DNA of 51,449 nucleotides from an uncultured Clostridia bacterium (GTDB lineage Bacteria; Bacillota; Clostridia; TANB77; CAG-508): NCBI GenBank assembly GCA_947626865.1, contig CANQTZ010000003.1, positions 1 to 51,449 of the forward strand, read 5' to 3'. Shown piece by piece: positions 33,471 to 44,280 of this stretch (position 1 is its first letter; each line of letters starts with the position of its first letter). The notes under the pieces were generated by a model. It saw only the letters and a program-made list of their open reading frames with translations, ran no database searches and was not told where the DNA came from. The position numbers and the translations under genes were made by a program.

Positions 33471-35134
33471 ATGAAGTTACAACACTTGGCAGTAATATTT
33501 GTTATTATCATATTACCAATTACTATTATTTTAAAAGAATATACGCGGAAGCAATATAAAAACATTAAGTTTGCAATCATCTTATGATACTAAACTAATT
33601 AGTGCTACTTATGATGCTTTAAAAGCATTTCAGTTAAACACAATTAATAGTGATACATCTGATTTAGCCAATTCTAAATTACGTGATATAGAAGCATCAG
33701 CTAATGTATTCTTTAATTCTATTGCTAATGGATTTAATATGGCAGGATATAATAAAGAAATTTTGCAAGAATATGTGCCTGCAGTAGTTTATACAATGTA
33801 TGATGGATATTATATTTATTCGCCATATAAAAATAAGTTAGATAATACAAATGGAGATGAACATGGAAATGGTAGTGATGCAGATTATTTAAACTCTAGT
33901 AGCGATGCAACATATAAACAAGGAGATGAAATTGAAGGTGTAAAACCATATATTTATTATAGTTGTAGATATGTAAATGGATATGAAGATTTTGTTATCA
34001 CATATTCATTAGATAATTATATAACTATACAAGGAAAGGTTTATGAACATGGTAATCTCAATTGGGTAAATAAATCTGGGTATTTATTAGATAATATAGC
34101 TGGTTCTGGGCAAACTTGGACATATAGAGGATACCGTATAGATAATGTTGATGAATTAGAAGAAAAAGTATATGATCCTGAAGCTAATGGTGGTAGTGGA
34201 GCTTATAAATTATATAAATATATAAAAATAAATGGAGTGAAATATTATTATGATGGTAGTAAGTGGTTTTCAATTCTAAATGGGGAAAGACTAGACCAAG
34301 AAAATTTCTCACCTAGTACGAATGCAGCAGTAGAATATTATAGAGAAGCAGCTGAGTTAAAAAATTGGATAACAAGAGAAACTGATAATCTTAAAAATCT
34401 TTCTACATCAAATGCAGTAGATGAGAATGGGCAGCCAATTAGCAATTTTGGAAATTATAAAATATTTGATTTTGGAAGTGAGATGGATTCAGAACGGAAG
34501 CATTGAAGATCCAGACTCAAATTTTAATCAACATAGACTAGAAGTTATTAGATATGTAATTGAGAGAAATTTATCTATAGCAATAGCAAATTATAATAAA
34601 GGTGGTACTACAAGCTTTCAAATGCCAAATTTAAGTGAAGACGATTGGGAAAGAGTTCAAAATAATGTTTGTATTATTAGTTTCTTGCAAGGATTAAGCA
34701 TTGGAGGAAAAATATATAATGGGTATGCAATAGTATCAAATAATAAAAACCAAGAAGTAGTAGCAGAAAATTCTATTTATATAGTAGATAAAAATGCAGG
34801 TAGATATCATCAAGTTACTGATAGTGAATTACCGGATAATTCAAATAAAAATTATCAAGGGTTCTTTAATTTGGATTTTGAAAGAAAAACTATTGTAACT
34901 GAAGATGGAAAACCAGGATATTTTATGCCACAGGAAAGTTTAGGATGTTATTCATGTGTTATAACAAGAGCTAAATTAGAAACACCGGATAATATATATA
35001 AATATGTAGCCGGCAAAAAAGGAACTTTGGCAACTGCATATTTTACAGCATTAGGAAGAGAGAGATATAGTATGTATAAGTCAAATAGAGATCCAGATAT
35101 GTTAAAACAGAAATTTGGTGTTGCTACATATTAA
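33471..35134 (+). CDS. Large membrane-anchored pilus-associated protein; two +1 shifts at CGGA (33546, 34495)
   Basis: ATG 33471 gives MKLQHLAVIFVIIILPITIILKEYT, then skip C33546 into ORF 33571; at ...EMDSE skip C34495 into GSIEDPDSNF (ORF 34421). Confidence 0.7.
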
Positions 35135-35206
35135 AAATGGCTTGAATGAATAAAAAAATAAATTAGGTAAATAATACTAATAATAGTAAATTTTTAAGGA
35201 GTGCTT

Positions 35207-36434
35207 ATGAAAAAAACAATAAAAAAACTATTATTAGTATTTTTTTTAATTATCATATATACCTACACCCTTGCAATCGAAAACATTCCAGATAACATGG
35301 TACTTTTGGAAGGGGAAAACATAACAATGAAAACATTATTAGGAATGAATTTAAAATGCGACGAAAAAACAATAGAAACTGTATCAAACAATAAAACAAT
35401 CAGTAAAAAATCAGGAGAAACTAAACTAGAAGTCAGTCTATTTGATAACATCTTTTTAAAAGAAATTGATGTTGATATCCTTCCCAAAACAAAAGTGATT
35501 CCAGTAGGAAGCGTTGCAGGAGTAAAATTATATACTAGTGGAGTTTTGGTAGTAGGAATGTCAGAAATAGAAGGAAAAGACCAAAAAAAATATAAACCAT
35601 ATGAAAACACAGGAATAAAAGAAGGAGACACAATTACTAGAATTAATGACATTGCAATTACATCTACAAATGAGTTAATAAAAGTAGTAAATCAAGCACA
35701 AGGAAATCCTGTAAAAATAGAATATACACAAGAAGAAGAAACTAAAGAATGCAGTATAGAACCAGTACAAACAGCAAATAATGAATACAAATTAGGATTA
35801 TGGGTAAGAGATAGTGCTGCAGGAGTTGGAACAGTAACATTTTATGAACCAAATAGTAAAACATTTGCAGCATTAGGGCATGGAATTACAGATATTGACA
35901 CAGAAGAATTAATAAATATAGCTTCTGGTGAATTTGTAACAACTAGAGTATTGAGCATTATTAAAGGAGAAAGTGGAGCACCTCGGAAAAATACAAGGTA
36001 CAGTTGAAAATCAGAAAAACATTGGAAAAATATATAAAAATAGCAAATTTGGAATATATGGAACTGTAGACAATCTTTCAACATTAAATATAGATACATC
36101 AAAGGAAATGGAAGTAGCCTTAAGGGACGAAATACAATTAGGAAAAGCAACCTTATTGTGTAGTTTAGATAATCAAAATGTAGAAGAATATGAGATTGAA
36201 ATAGAAAAAATTGATAGAGAAAATAATTACAATAATAAAAGCATGAAAATAAAAGTAACAGATCCAAAACTATTAGAAAAAACAGGAGGAATTATACAAG
36301 GTATGTCTGGCTCACCAATAATTCAAAATAATAAATTCATAGGTGCAGTAACACATGTATTACTAACAGAACCTCAGGAAGGATATGCTGTATTTGGTGA
36401 TATCATGTTAAAACAAGCAAAAGAGACAAATTAA
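35207..36434 (+). CDS. spoIVB: SpoIVB peptidase (S55); one +1 shift at CGGA 35984
   Basis: PDZ region, GLWVRDSAAGVGTVTF, ALGHGITD, KGESGAP-G-KIQG, then the catalytic GGIIQGMSGSPIIQ and GAVTHV. Confidence 0.93.
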
Positions 36435-36453
36435 TAAAATATAAAAAATATAA

Positions 36454-36484
36454 AGAGGAGTTCCTGATAACAGGAAAATCCTCT
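36454..36484. terminator. Hairpin between convergent spoIVB and murC
   Basis: AGAGGA-g-TTCCTG...CAGGAA-aa-TCCTCT. Confidence 0.55.
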
Positions 36485-37870
36485 TTAAGGTTTTACTAAC
36501 ATAGAACAAATATCAACAACTGTACCAGCTCCAAGGGTCATAACAATATCATTTTCTTTAACATTATTGGTAATGTAATTGGCACATTCTTTAAAATCTG
36601 GTATATACATAGCATTTTTTCCTAAATCATTGATTTTTTCAACCAAATCTTTTGAGCTAATATCATAGGTATTTTTTTCTCTAGCAGCATAAATATCGAC
36701 AACAACAATATTGTCAAAATTTAATAATGCTTTAGCAAAATCTTCTAACAAAGTCTTTGTTCTGCTATAAGTATGAGGTTGGAAAATAACCCAAGATTGA
36801 TTATATTTTTTATTAGCAAGAGATTTTGCAGTAGCTGTAATTTCAGTAGGGTGATGTCCATAATCGTCATATACACTAGCACAATTAGCCATTTTTCCTT
36901 TATATTCAAATCTTCTATGCGCACCAGTAAATTTAGACAAAGCAGATTTAATAACATCTTTTGCAATACCATATTTACTGCATAATGCAATACAAGCTAA
37001 AGCATTTGATATATTATGCACACCAGGAATGTGTAGGCTTATAGAATCCCATAAATTGCCTTGATAAAAAACATCAAATTTTGAAAATCCGTCATTATCA
37101 AAAACGATATTTTTAGCACAATAATCAGCATTTTCATTTTTAATTCCATAGGTAATAGAGCAAGCATTTGCATAAGAAATTAAATCTAAACAATTCAAAT
37201 CATCTGCATTAACAATTAAAGTACCATCATCTGGTAATAATTTGACATATTTAATAAAGGCATTTTTTATATTATCAAAAGTTTTAAAATAATCTAAGTG
37301 GTCATTATCAATATTTAATATAATTTCAGCCTTAGGACTAAATTTTAAAAAACTTTCCACATATTCACATGCCTCAATAATAAAATGTTCACTATTACCA
37401 ACCATATAATTACCATTTAAAGGCTTTAAAAAAGCTCCAACTTGTATGGTTGGATTTTCCATAGCTTCCATAAAACAAAGTGCAATCATAGAAGTAGTAG
37501 TAGTTTTTCCATGTGTACCAGATATACAAATAGTATCTTGATAGCAACGAGTTAATTCACCTAAAAAATCCGCTCTTTCAATAGTTGGAATATGTAATCT
37601 TTTAGCTTCTAGCATTTCAGGATCATCTTGAGGAACGGCAGCAGAATATACAACGACATCACAATTAGCAACATATTCTATTGGATGACCAATAGAAACT
37701 TTAATACCAAAATCATTTAATTTTTTAGTGGTTTCAGACTCGCACCAATCAGAACCTGTAACATGGAAGCCCCAATTTTTTAGAATGGCAGCAATACCAC
37801 TCATACTAACTCCACCAATTCCAATCATGTGGATGTTTTTATATTTTTTTATTGAATCAATATTTGGCAT
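36485..37870 (-). CDS. murC: UDP-N-acetylmuramate--L-alanine ligase
   Basis: IGIGGVSMSG, GTHGKTTT, DDYGHHPTE, FQPHTYSRT, TLGAG. Confidence 0.97.
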   Translation of the reverse strand: MPNIDSIKKYKNIHMIGIGGVSMSGIAAILKNWGFHVTGSDWCESETTKKLNDFGIKVSIGHPIEYVANCDVVVYSAAVPQDDPEMLEAKRLHIPTIERADFLGELTRCYQDTICISGTHGKTTTTSMIALCFMEAMENPTIQVGAFLKPLNGNYMVGNSEHFIIEACEYVESFLKFSPKAEIILNIDNDHLDYFKTFDNIKNAFIKYVKLLPDDGTLIVNADDLNCLDLISYANACSITYGIKNENADYCAKNIVFDNDGFSKFDVFYQGNLWDSISLHIPGVHNISNALACIALCSKYGIAKDVIKSALSKFTGAHRRFEYKGKMANCASVYDDYGHHPTEITATAKSLANKKYNQSWVIFQPHTYSRTKTLLEDFAKALLNFDNIVVVDIYAAREKNTYDISSKDLVEKINDLGKNAMYIPDFKECANYITNNVKENDIVMTLGAGTVVDICSMLVKP

Positions 37871-38031
37871 TAATAAACACTCCTTTTTACAGTATCTAAT
37901 TATATAATTATCTTATTAAAAATTCAATAGTTTTATTAAAGTTTCTTTTATTTGTGTGTTATTTATAGTGTACACAAAGTTGATATATTTTAATAAAAAA
38001 GTGAAAAAAATACCCCAATATGGAGTATGTG

Positions 38032-38640
38032 TTATTTACTCAAATCGCATAACATTTGTAATAAATATTGACCTGAATTTCTTTCGCGTTCATCTTTGTC
38101 TAAGTTTCTATTGCCAAAATGAACAAATCCATTGCTTTCATAAAATTCTTTTAGTTTTGGTTTGTCTTCACATTCTAAAAATACAAATTTGCCACCAATA
38201 ATATGTTGTACTTCTCGTATTTTGTCACAAGCTAATTTTAGCAATACATCTCCAGTTATTAGTTTATTATAATCATTATTGTAGTTTTTTCCAAGTTGTC
38301 CTATTAGTGGAAGTGATACAGTATAATAATTGTCAATATCATCTTTTTTTGCAAATCGTAATAATCTTTTTTTTATTGAATTACTTACGGCATTACTTTT
38401 AATCCTTGTAATTTTATCAGTTAAAGCAAAATATCCTACAATAACATTTTGCTTTTGATATGTGGAAAAAACAAGGAATGTTTTTGACATTCCCATTTTA
38501 TAGAATTGTATTGCATCGTGTTTTAAAAAATGCTCTACATCTTTATTTAATTCACATTTAAAACCATTTAATAATGCTTTTAACTTTTCTTCACCTAGTG
38601 CTTCGCTTATGTCTTCAATACTTATTACATTATATGCCAT
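38032..38640 (-). CDS. GNAT-family acetyltransferase (possible toxin)
   Basis: FKCELNKDVEHFL, VGYFAL, LIGQLGKN, FYESNGF. Confidence 0.8.
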   Translation of the reverse strand: MAYNVISIEDISEALGEEKLKALLNGFKCELNKDVEHFLKHDAIQFYKMGMSKTFLVFSTYQKQNVIVGYFALTDKITRIKSNAVSNSIKKRLLRFAKKDDIDNYYTVSLPLIGQLGKNYNNDYNKLITGDVLLKLACDKIREVQHIIGGKFVFLECEDKPKLKEFYESNGFVHFGNRNLDKDERERNSGQYLLQMLCDLSK

Positions 38641-38644
38641 TTTA

Positions 38645-38818
38645 TTATTCTCCAAACATTTTTTTTATTTTCTCTTTGTCTGTTATTGTGTTTACGGGAA
38701 CATTTATATTTACTTTTTTCCTTCCTTTATTTTCAGCATTTTCTAAAGCAGATAAAAAAGCATAAGTTCTTTTTTTATCTTTTATAATTATTTCTTTTAA
38801 AAAACTTTTTGTTGCCAT
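38645..38818 (-). CDS. Small basic protein upstream of the GNAT gene (possible antitoxin)
   Basis: Manual ORF MATKSFLKEIIIKDKKRTYAFLSALENAENK...KMFGE (57 aa) with SD AGGAG; ends 4 nt before the GNAT start. Confidence 0.7.
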   Translation of the reverse strand: MATKSFLKEIIIKDKKRTYAFLSALENAENKGRKKVNINVPVNTITDKEKIKKMFGE

Positions 38819-39087
38819 GTTATCAACTCCTATATTATAATATGTTCATATCTATTTTTATTATACAGTATTTTATGATATTTTGCAATATTAAAACAAA
38901 AGAAGTTTTCCCATTTTTACATAAAAAATGAGAAAAAACCTCAGCCCCGCAAAGAATGACCTCCATTCAACCACAGAGGAATAGGCTTCGGCTTATTCCT
39001 TTTTTGTACTTGGTGTTGTACTTTTCTAAAACATAACACCAAGTTGGAGAATTGAGTTTTTGGATTTTTTCTCTTTTTATTAAATAT

Positions 39088-39162
39088 TGGCAGGGGTAGA
39101 AGGACTCGAACCCTCACAGGCGGTTTTGGAGACCGATGTGCTACCATTAACACTATACCCCT
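39088..39162 (-). tRNA. trnW: tRNA-Trp (CCA)
   Basis: AGGGGTA...CT-CCA-AA...GGTTCGAGTCC...TACCCCT-G-CCA folds as a cloverleaf; CCA end is encoded. Confidence 0.97.
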
Positions 39163-39239
39163 AAAAAAAATACCTAAATTATAATAGCATAAAATGATAA
39201 ATTTGACAAGACTTTTATAGAAAATTTTCTTGAAAATTA

Positions 39240-39268
39240 TTGACTTTTATTATTTGCGATAATATAAT
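39240..39268 (+). promoter_or_regulatory. Sigma-A-like promoter of glyQS
   Basis: TTGACT-17 bp-TATAAT. Confidence 0.7.
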
Positions 39269-39293
39269 ACAAGCAGGAAAGGAATGAAATTTT

Positions 39294-40676
39294 ATGGTAA
39301 AATCAATGGAAACAATAGTTGCATTATGCAAAAATAGAGGATATATATACCCAGGTTCCGAAATATATGGAGGATTAGCAAATACGTGGGATTATGGACC
39401 ATTAGGAGTAGAATTAAAAAACAATGTAAAAAAAGCATGGAGGAAAAAATTTATTCAAGAAAATAAGTACAATGTAGGTTTAGATGCTGCAATTTTGATG
39501 AATCCAACAACGTGGGTAGCATCAGGACATGTTGGAGGTTTTTCAGATCCATTAATTGATTGTAAAGAATGTAAAACAAGGCATAGAGCAGATAAACTAA
39601 TTGAAGAATGGGCACATGAAAATGGAAAAGATATGATAGCAGATGGAATGACTGATGACCAAATGATAGATTTTATGGATAAAAACAATATTAATTGTCC
39701 AAATTGTGGAAAGCATAATTTTACAAATATTAGAAAATTCAATTTAATGTTTAAAACCTTTCAAGGTGTAACAGAAGAAGCAAAAGCAGAGATTTATCTA
39801 AGACCAGAAACAGCACAAGGAATTTTTGTTAATTTCAAAAATGTTATGAGAACTACTAGAAAAAAATTACCAATGGGAATTGCTCAAATTGGAAAAGCAT
39901 TTAGAAATGAAATAACACCTGGAAATTTTACATTTAGAACAAGAGAATTTGAACAAATGGAATTAGAATTTTTCTGTAAGCCGGGAACAGATATAGAATG
40001 GCAACAATATTGGAAAAACTTTTGCAAGCAATGGCTTTTAGATTTGAATATGACTGAAAGCAATATTCGTTTAAGAGACCACAAACCAGAAGAATTGAGT
40101 CATTATAGTAATGCTACTACAGATATAGAATATACTTTTCCGTTTGGTTGGGGAGAACTATGGGGAATTGCCGATAGAACTGATTATGATTTAACAAGTC
40201 ACATGAAGGTTTCTAAAGAAGATTTTATATATACAGACCCTGAAACACAGGAAAAATATGTACCATATTGTATAGAACCATCTGTTGGGGTAGATAGAGT
40301 AGCATTGGCATTTTTATGTGATGCGTATGAGGAAGAACAATTAGATGAAGGTGATAGTAGAGTTGTATTGCATCTGCATCCAGCTTTAGCACCATATAAA
40401 TTAGCAGTTTTACCACTTTCTAAAAAATTATCAGATAAGGCACAAGAGGTATATGAACAACTTTCTAAAAAGTTTATGTGCGATTATGATGAAACAGGAA
40501 GTATTGGAAAGCGTTATAGAAGGGAAGATGAAATTGGTACGCCTTATTGTGTAACTGTTGATTTTGATACATTAGAGGATAATGCTGTAACTATCAGGGA
40601 TAGAGACACTATGGAGCAAATTAGATTAAAGATAGAAGAAGTTCCAGAATGGATAGAAAAGAAAATAGAATTTTGA
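39294..40676 (+). CDS. glyQS: Glycine--tRNA ligase (homodimeric type)
   Basis: [43 protein letters not shown]. Confidence 0.98.
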   Translation: MVKSMETIVALCKNRGYIYPGSEIYGGLANTWDYGPLGVELKNNVKKAWRKKFIQENKYNVGLDAAILMNPTTWVASGHVGGFSDPLIDCKECKTRHRADKLIEEWAHENGKDMIADGMTDDQMIDFMDKNNINCPNCGKHNFTNIRKFNLMFKTFQGVTEEAKAEIYLRPETAQGIFVNFKNVMRTTRKKLPMGIAQIGKAFRNEITPGNFTFRTREFEQMELEFFCKPGTDIEWQQYWKNFCKQWLLDLNMTESNIRLRDHKPEELSHYSNATTDIEYTFPFGWGELWGIADRTDYDLTSHMKVSKEDFIYTDPETQEKYVPYCIEPSVGVDRVALAFLCDAYEEEQLDEGDSRVVLHLHPALAPYKLAVLPLSKKLSDKAQEVYEQLSKKFMCDYDETGSIGKRYRREDEIGTPYCVTVDFDTLEDNAVTIRDRDTMEQIRLKIEEVPEWIEKKIEF

Positions 40677-40680
40677 TATG

Positions 40681-40714
40681 AAAAGTGAGGTTATACAAAG
40701 ACTTCACTTTTTTT
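40681..40714 (+). terminator. Terminator after glyQS
   Basis: AAAAGTGAGGT...ACTTCACTTTT followed by more T's. Confidence 0.6.
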
Positions 40715-40856
40715 ATGTAAAAAAATGGAATTTTCGTATATAAAAAAATATACGAAAGTCGAAAAAAGTATTTTTCGTATAATAAAAGGCACATTTTGTA
40801 AAAAAAACAACCTCGAAGGGTTTTTATATGTTACAATTAGGTTGAGAGGTGGAAAT

Positions 40857-41135
40857 ATGGAAAATTATAATTGTTTAACTGAGTATGAAGATGAGGATAT
40901 TATTTGCAAAATTTATCGTAATGAATGTAATTTTGCAGAGAAAGTTCCAACAACACAAGAATATATTGAATTGATACAGGGGCTAAAAAAGCAAGAAAGA
41001 GAGTTGCTTGCAGTAGATGGATTCAAGAAATATTTAGAAACGAGAAATGTAAAAGATGCTATAGAAGCAGAGGAACAATTTAAATTAGGATTTAAAACAG
41101 CTGTAAAAATAATAATAGAAAGTTACCGTTCATAG
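40857..41135 (+). CDS. Small hypothetical protein (DUF6809-like C-terminus)
   Basis: SD GAGGTGG; C-terminal EEQFKLGFKTAVKIIIE. Confidence 0.6.
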   Translation: MENYNCLTEYEDEDIICKIYRNECNFAEKVPTTQEYIELIQGLKKQERELLAVDGFKKYLETRNVKDAIEAEEQFKLGFKTAVKIIIESYRS

Positions 41136-41159
41136 AGAGAAGGTAACTTTTAGTAAAAA

Positions 41160-41516
41160 TTATTTATTTTTTTGCTGGTTCATAAATTCTATTAATTTGA
41201 GAACGATTTCTTTTTCTCCTGGAGTTAATTGCGTAAAACCAATCAGTTTATCATCATACTCTAATTGAGTAGTGTTTAGGTAGTCTTTTAAAACGAAGCT
41301 GGGGGTGACGTGATATATGTTGCAAAGCTTTACAAGAGTATCAATGCTTCCTTTTGTTTTGTCTCTTTCGATGTCAGAGATATATCTTGGAGCTAAATAA
41401 AGTTTCTCTGCTACTTGTTCTTGTGTTAAACCTAAAGATTTTCGTATATTTTTCATGGTTGTACCAATGACTATTTTTTCATTCATTTTATTTTTTGGAT
41501 TGTATTGTTTTTCCAT
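41160..41516 (-). CDS. XRE-family HTH transcriptional regulator
   Basis: RKSLGLTQEQVAEKL...YISDIER; divergent from the DGR target gene. Confidence 0.9.
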   Translation of the reverse strand: MEKQYNPKNKMNEKIVIGTTMKNIRKSLGLTQEQVAEKLYLAPRYISDIERDKTKGSIDTLVKLCNIYHVTPSFVLKDYLNTTQLEYDDKLIGFTQLTPGEKEIVLKLIEFMNQQKNK

Positions 41517-41644
41517 TTTCCCCTCCTAGAATATTTATATATGGTATTTTTGACAAAAATAAAAAAAATATTCTTTAAAAATAGCATAACAAAGCTAAAA
41601 GAAAAAAAACATACAAAAAAATACGACAAAATGTGGAAATAAAC

Positions 41645-41673
41645 TTGAAAAAATAAAAATGATATGTTATACT
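41645..41673 (+). promoter_or_regulatory. Promoter of the DGR target gene
   Basis: TTGAAA-17 bp-TATACT with extended -10 TG. Confidence 0.65.
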
Positions 41674-41708
41674 CCAAATATAAAACAATAAAAGGAGGAA
41701 ATCAAAGG

Positions 41709-43676
41709 ATGAAAAAAGACGAAAAAACAAATGTAAAATTTGTAAAACAAAAAGAAAAGCTGTATGGTAGAAAGGCAAAAGGAATTACGTTGATAGCGCT
41801 TGTTATTACTATAATTGTGCTATTAATTTTAGCAGGTGTAAGTATGGCATCATTGACAGGGGAAAATGGAATTTTAACAAAGGCGACAATAGCTAAGGAA
41901 AAAACGGAGCAAGAAGGAAGTAGAGAGAAAATAGAAATGGCAGCAATGTCAAGTTTTGATGAGCATGGGAATTTTAATTCAGAAAAATTTAAAGAAGAAA
42001 TAATAAAGTATGGAGGAGAAATAGTATCAGAGGATGAAGATACAATTGTGGTAGAAGTAGATGGATATGAGGCTACAGTAGATAAAAAAACAGGAGAAAT
42101 AATAGGAGAAATAGAAAAAGCAGGAGTAAGACCAGAGTTTACAGTAGAACAAACTTTAGATAGTACAAAGAAAAAGGTAACATTAAAAGTAACAGTAACG
42201 AATGAGGTAGATAAAGTAGATAAAATAACAATAACAAACTTAGAACAAGGGACAGATTTAATGGTAACATTAAATGGAAAGATAGGAACAGCAGAAACTA
42301 CCTTAAATGGAACATATAAAATAGTAGTAACAGCAACAACAGATGGTTCTCAAAAAAGTGCAAGCAAAGTAGAAGAAGTAAATCAGATACCAGTAACATT
42401 TTCAATGAAGTATGGAAAAATAGAGGTAGTGTGGATAGATAAGGAAAATAATGTAATAAATAAACCATTAGCACCAGTATTAAGTGAGGAAATGACGCCA
42501 GTAAAATGGGAAGGCGAAGGAGATAAACCAACAGAAAAAGATATAACAAAAGATGATAGTAGTTGGTATGAATATAAGGCAGGAAGTGGAAAGAGTGATA
42601 ACTTAACAAGTAGATGGGCAAATGCAAAATATAAAGATAGTTATTTTGTATGGATACCAAGATATGCATATAGAATAACGTATTATGCAAGTCAAGATAG
42701 TGACCAAGTGACAGGATATTGTGATGCGAAAGGAATAAGAGCAGTAGGAGAAGCAGGAGAGCAAGAAAAATATAGTTTTGGAGAAGTAGATAGTGTAGAA
42801 AGTGATGGAAAAAGTTATATAGTACATCCAGCATTTAAAGATGGAACAGACAATAACTTTAAAAATGGAGAATGGGACAAAGACCTATCAGGAATATGGG
42901 TAGCAAAATATGAGATGAGTGTAAGTAGTAATTCATATAAAAGTGTACCAAATGTAGCAAGTGCAAGAAGTTTGACAGTAGATAAAATGTTTACTGAATC
43001 GCAGAATTTCGCAAAACAACAAGAAAGTCATTTAATGAAAAATAGTGAATGGGGAGCAGTAGCATATTTAACACAAAGTCAATATGGAAGAAATGGACAT
43101 GAAGTAGATATAAATAATAGTAGTAGTTATATAACTGGAAATGGAGGAGGAAGTACAAGTGCTTCATCTGCATCAAATACAACCCATGCGTACAATACAA
43201 CAGAAGGAATGAAAGCAAGTACAACAGGAAATATCTATGGAATATACGATATGTCAGGAGGAGCATGGGAAAGAACAGCAGGATATATATCGAATGGTAA
43301 TAGTAGTTTAAGTAATGGTTCAAGTATGGTAAATGAAAATACGACAGCAAATGCGGATGCATATACAGAAAAAAGTAGTAAATATGTAACCGTATATCCT
43401 TATAATTCTACTAGTGATAGTAATACAAACAATTATACAGCATATAAAGATAAAAAATATGGATATGGCGATGCAATACTAGAAACATCAACGAGCGGAA
43501 GCGGTTATAACAGCTGGTTCGACGACTACTCTACCTTCCCTTACACGAGTTATCCGTTCTTCGGGCGTGGAGGCGATTACAATGATGGTTCTTATGCAGG
43601 TCTGTTCTGTTTCGATAATACGGTTGGTGCAAGCAGTTCCCACTATTCGTTCCGTGTCGCTCTTCCGGGCGAGTAG
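41709..43676 (+). CDS. DGR target: type IV pilin-like N-terminus, Ig-like middle region, C-terminal CLec/FGE-sulfatase-like domain carrying VR
   Basis: KG|ITLIALVITIIVLLILAGVS; FVWIPRY, WVAKYE, SEWGAVAY, GIYDMSGGAWE, RGG...FRVAL. Confidence 0.9.
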   Translation: MKKDEKTNVKFVKQKEKLYGRKAKGITLIALVITIIVLLILAGVSMASLTGENGILTKATIAKEKTEQEGSREKIEMAAMSSFDEHGNFNSEKFKEEIIKYGGEIVSEDEDTIVVEVDGYEATVDKKTGEIIGEIEKAGVRPEFTVEQTLDSTKKKVTLKVTVTNEVDKVDKITITNLEQGTDLMVTLNGKIGTAETTLNGTYKIVVTATTDGSQKSASKVEEVNQIPVTFSMKYGKIEVVWIDKENNVINKPLAPVLSEEMTPVKWEGEGDKPTEKDITKDDSSWYEYKAGSGKSDNLTSRWANAKYKDSYFVWIPRYAYRITYYASQDSDQVTGYCDAKGIRAVGEAGEQEKYSFGEVDSVESDGKSYIVHPAFKDGTDNNFKNGEWDKDLSGIWVAKYEMSVSSNSYKSVPNVASARSLTVDKMFTESQNFAKQQESHLMKNSEWGAVAYLTQSQYGRNGHEVDINNSSSYITGNGGGSTSASSASNTTHAYNTTEGMKASTTGNIYGIYDMSGGAWERTAGYISNGNSSLSNGSSMVNENTTANADAYTEKSSKYVTVYPYNSTSDSNTNNYTAYKDKKYGYGDAILETSTSGSGYNSWFDDYSTFPYTSYPFFGRGGDYNDGSYAGLFCFDNTVGASSSHYSFRVALPGE

Positions 43677-43682
43677 TCACTT
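43525..43682 (+). repeat. DGR variable repeat (VR)
   Basis: 158-bp ungapped match to 43828-43985; all 17 differences lie opposite TR adenines. Confidence 0.96.
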
Positions 43683-43742
43683 TGATGTGACCTTGTTCCT
43701 TGTTCCCTTTAATCGGCACTTATTTGAAAGGGAATAAGGAAC
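43676..43742 (+). other. IMH-associated hairpins downstream of VR
   Basis: GTCAC-tttgat-GTGAC (43676-43691, not formed after TR) and a 16-bp stem GTTCCTTGTTCCCTTT/AAAGGGAATAAGGAAC (43695-43742). Confidence 0.65.
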
Positions 43743-43827
43743 TCAAATACGGGTAATACCTTATAAGGTATGGAAAAGAATTTTTGAAAGAAGGGAGTGA
43801 GACCTGAAAAATTAGGGATTAAACTGT

Positions 43828-43985
43828 ACTACTCTAACTTCCCTAACACGAGTAATCCGTTCTTCAAACGTGGAGGCAATTACAATAATGGTTCTAATGC
43901 AGGTCTGTTCTATTTCAATAATACGAATGGTACAAGCAATTCCAACAATTCGTTCCGTGTCGCTCTTCCGGGCGAGTAGTCACTT
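43828..43985 (+). ncRNA. DGR template repeat (TR)
   Basis: AAY-rich copy of VR located 303 bp downstream. Confidence 0.95.
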
Positions 43986-44280
43986 CGATACACAAAGATT
44001 CATAAAGGAATCTATCTCAGAGGGGCAATTATTTACGGATATTGCCGAGAGGCTAGGCTAAGTCCTGTTTCAGTACTGTCAAATGAAAAAAGTATTGGAA
44101 AGGAAAAAGATAAAATACAACTAGATTTGTATCAAAGAAGTTTAATTCCTTTGGCATAAACGTAAGCTTTTATGTCATAAACACATAAACAGTAGTTTTG
44201 TTTTAGTAGTGTTTGTTAAGATACAAACGAAAAACGAAAATCCAAAGCTATAAAATTTATAGAAATAACATATATCAAAG

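Noticed and set aside
39170-39293. T-box leader for glyQS
   Set aside because: The promoter lies about 25 nt from the start codon, leaving no room, and no T-box motif is visible.
40674-40676. UGA-to-Trp reassignment suggested by the unusual tRNA-Trp
   Set aside because: glyQS ends at TGA at a normal length followed by a terminator, and conserved Trp positions use TGG.
43797-43979. 60-aa ORF duplicating the target C-terminus
   Set aside because: It is the DGR template repeat, which is naturally open in the VR frame; there is no evidence it is translated.
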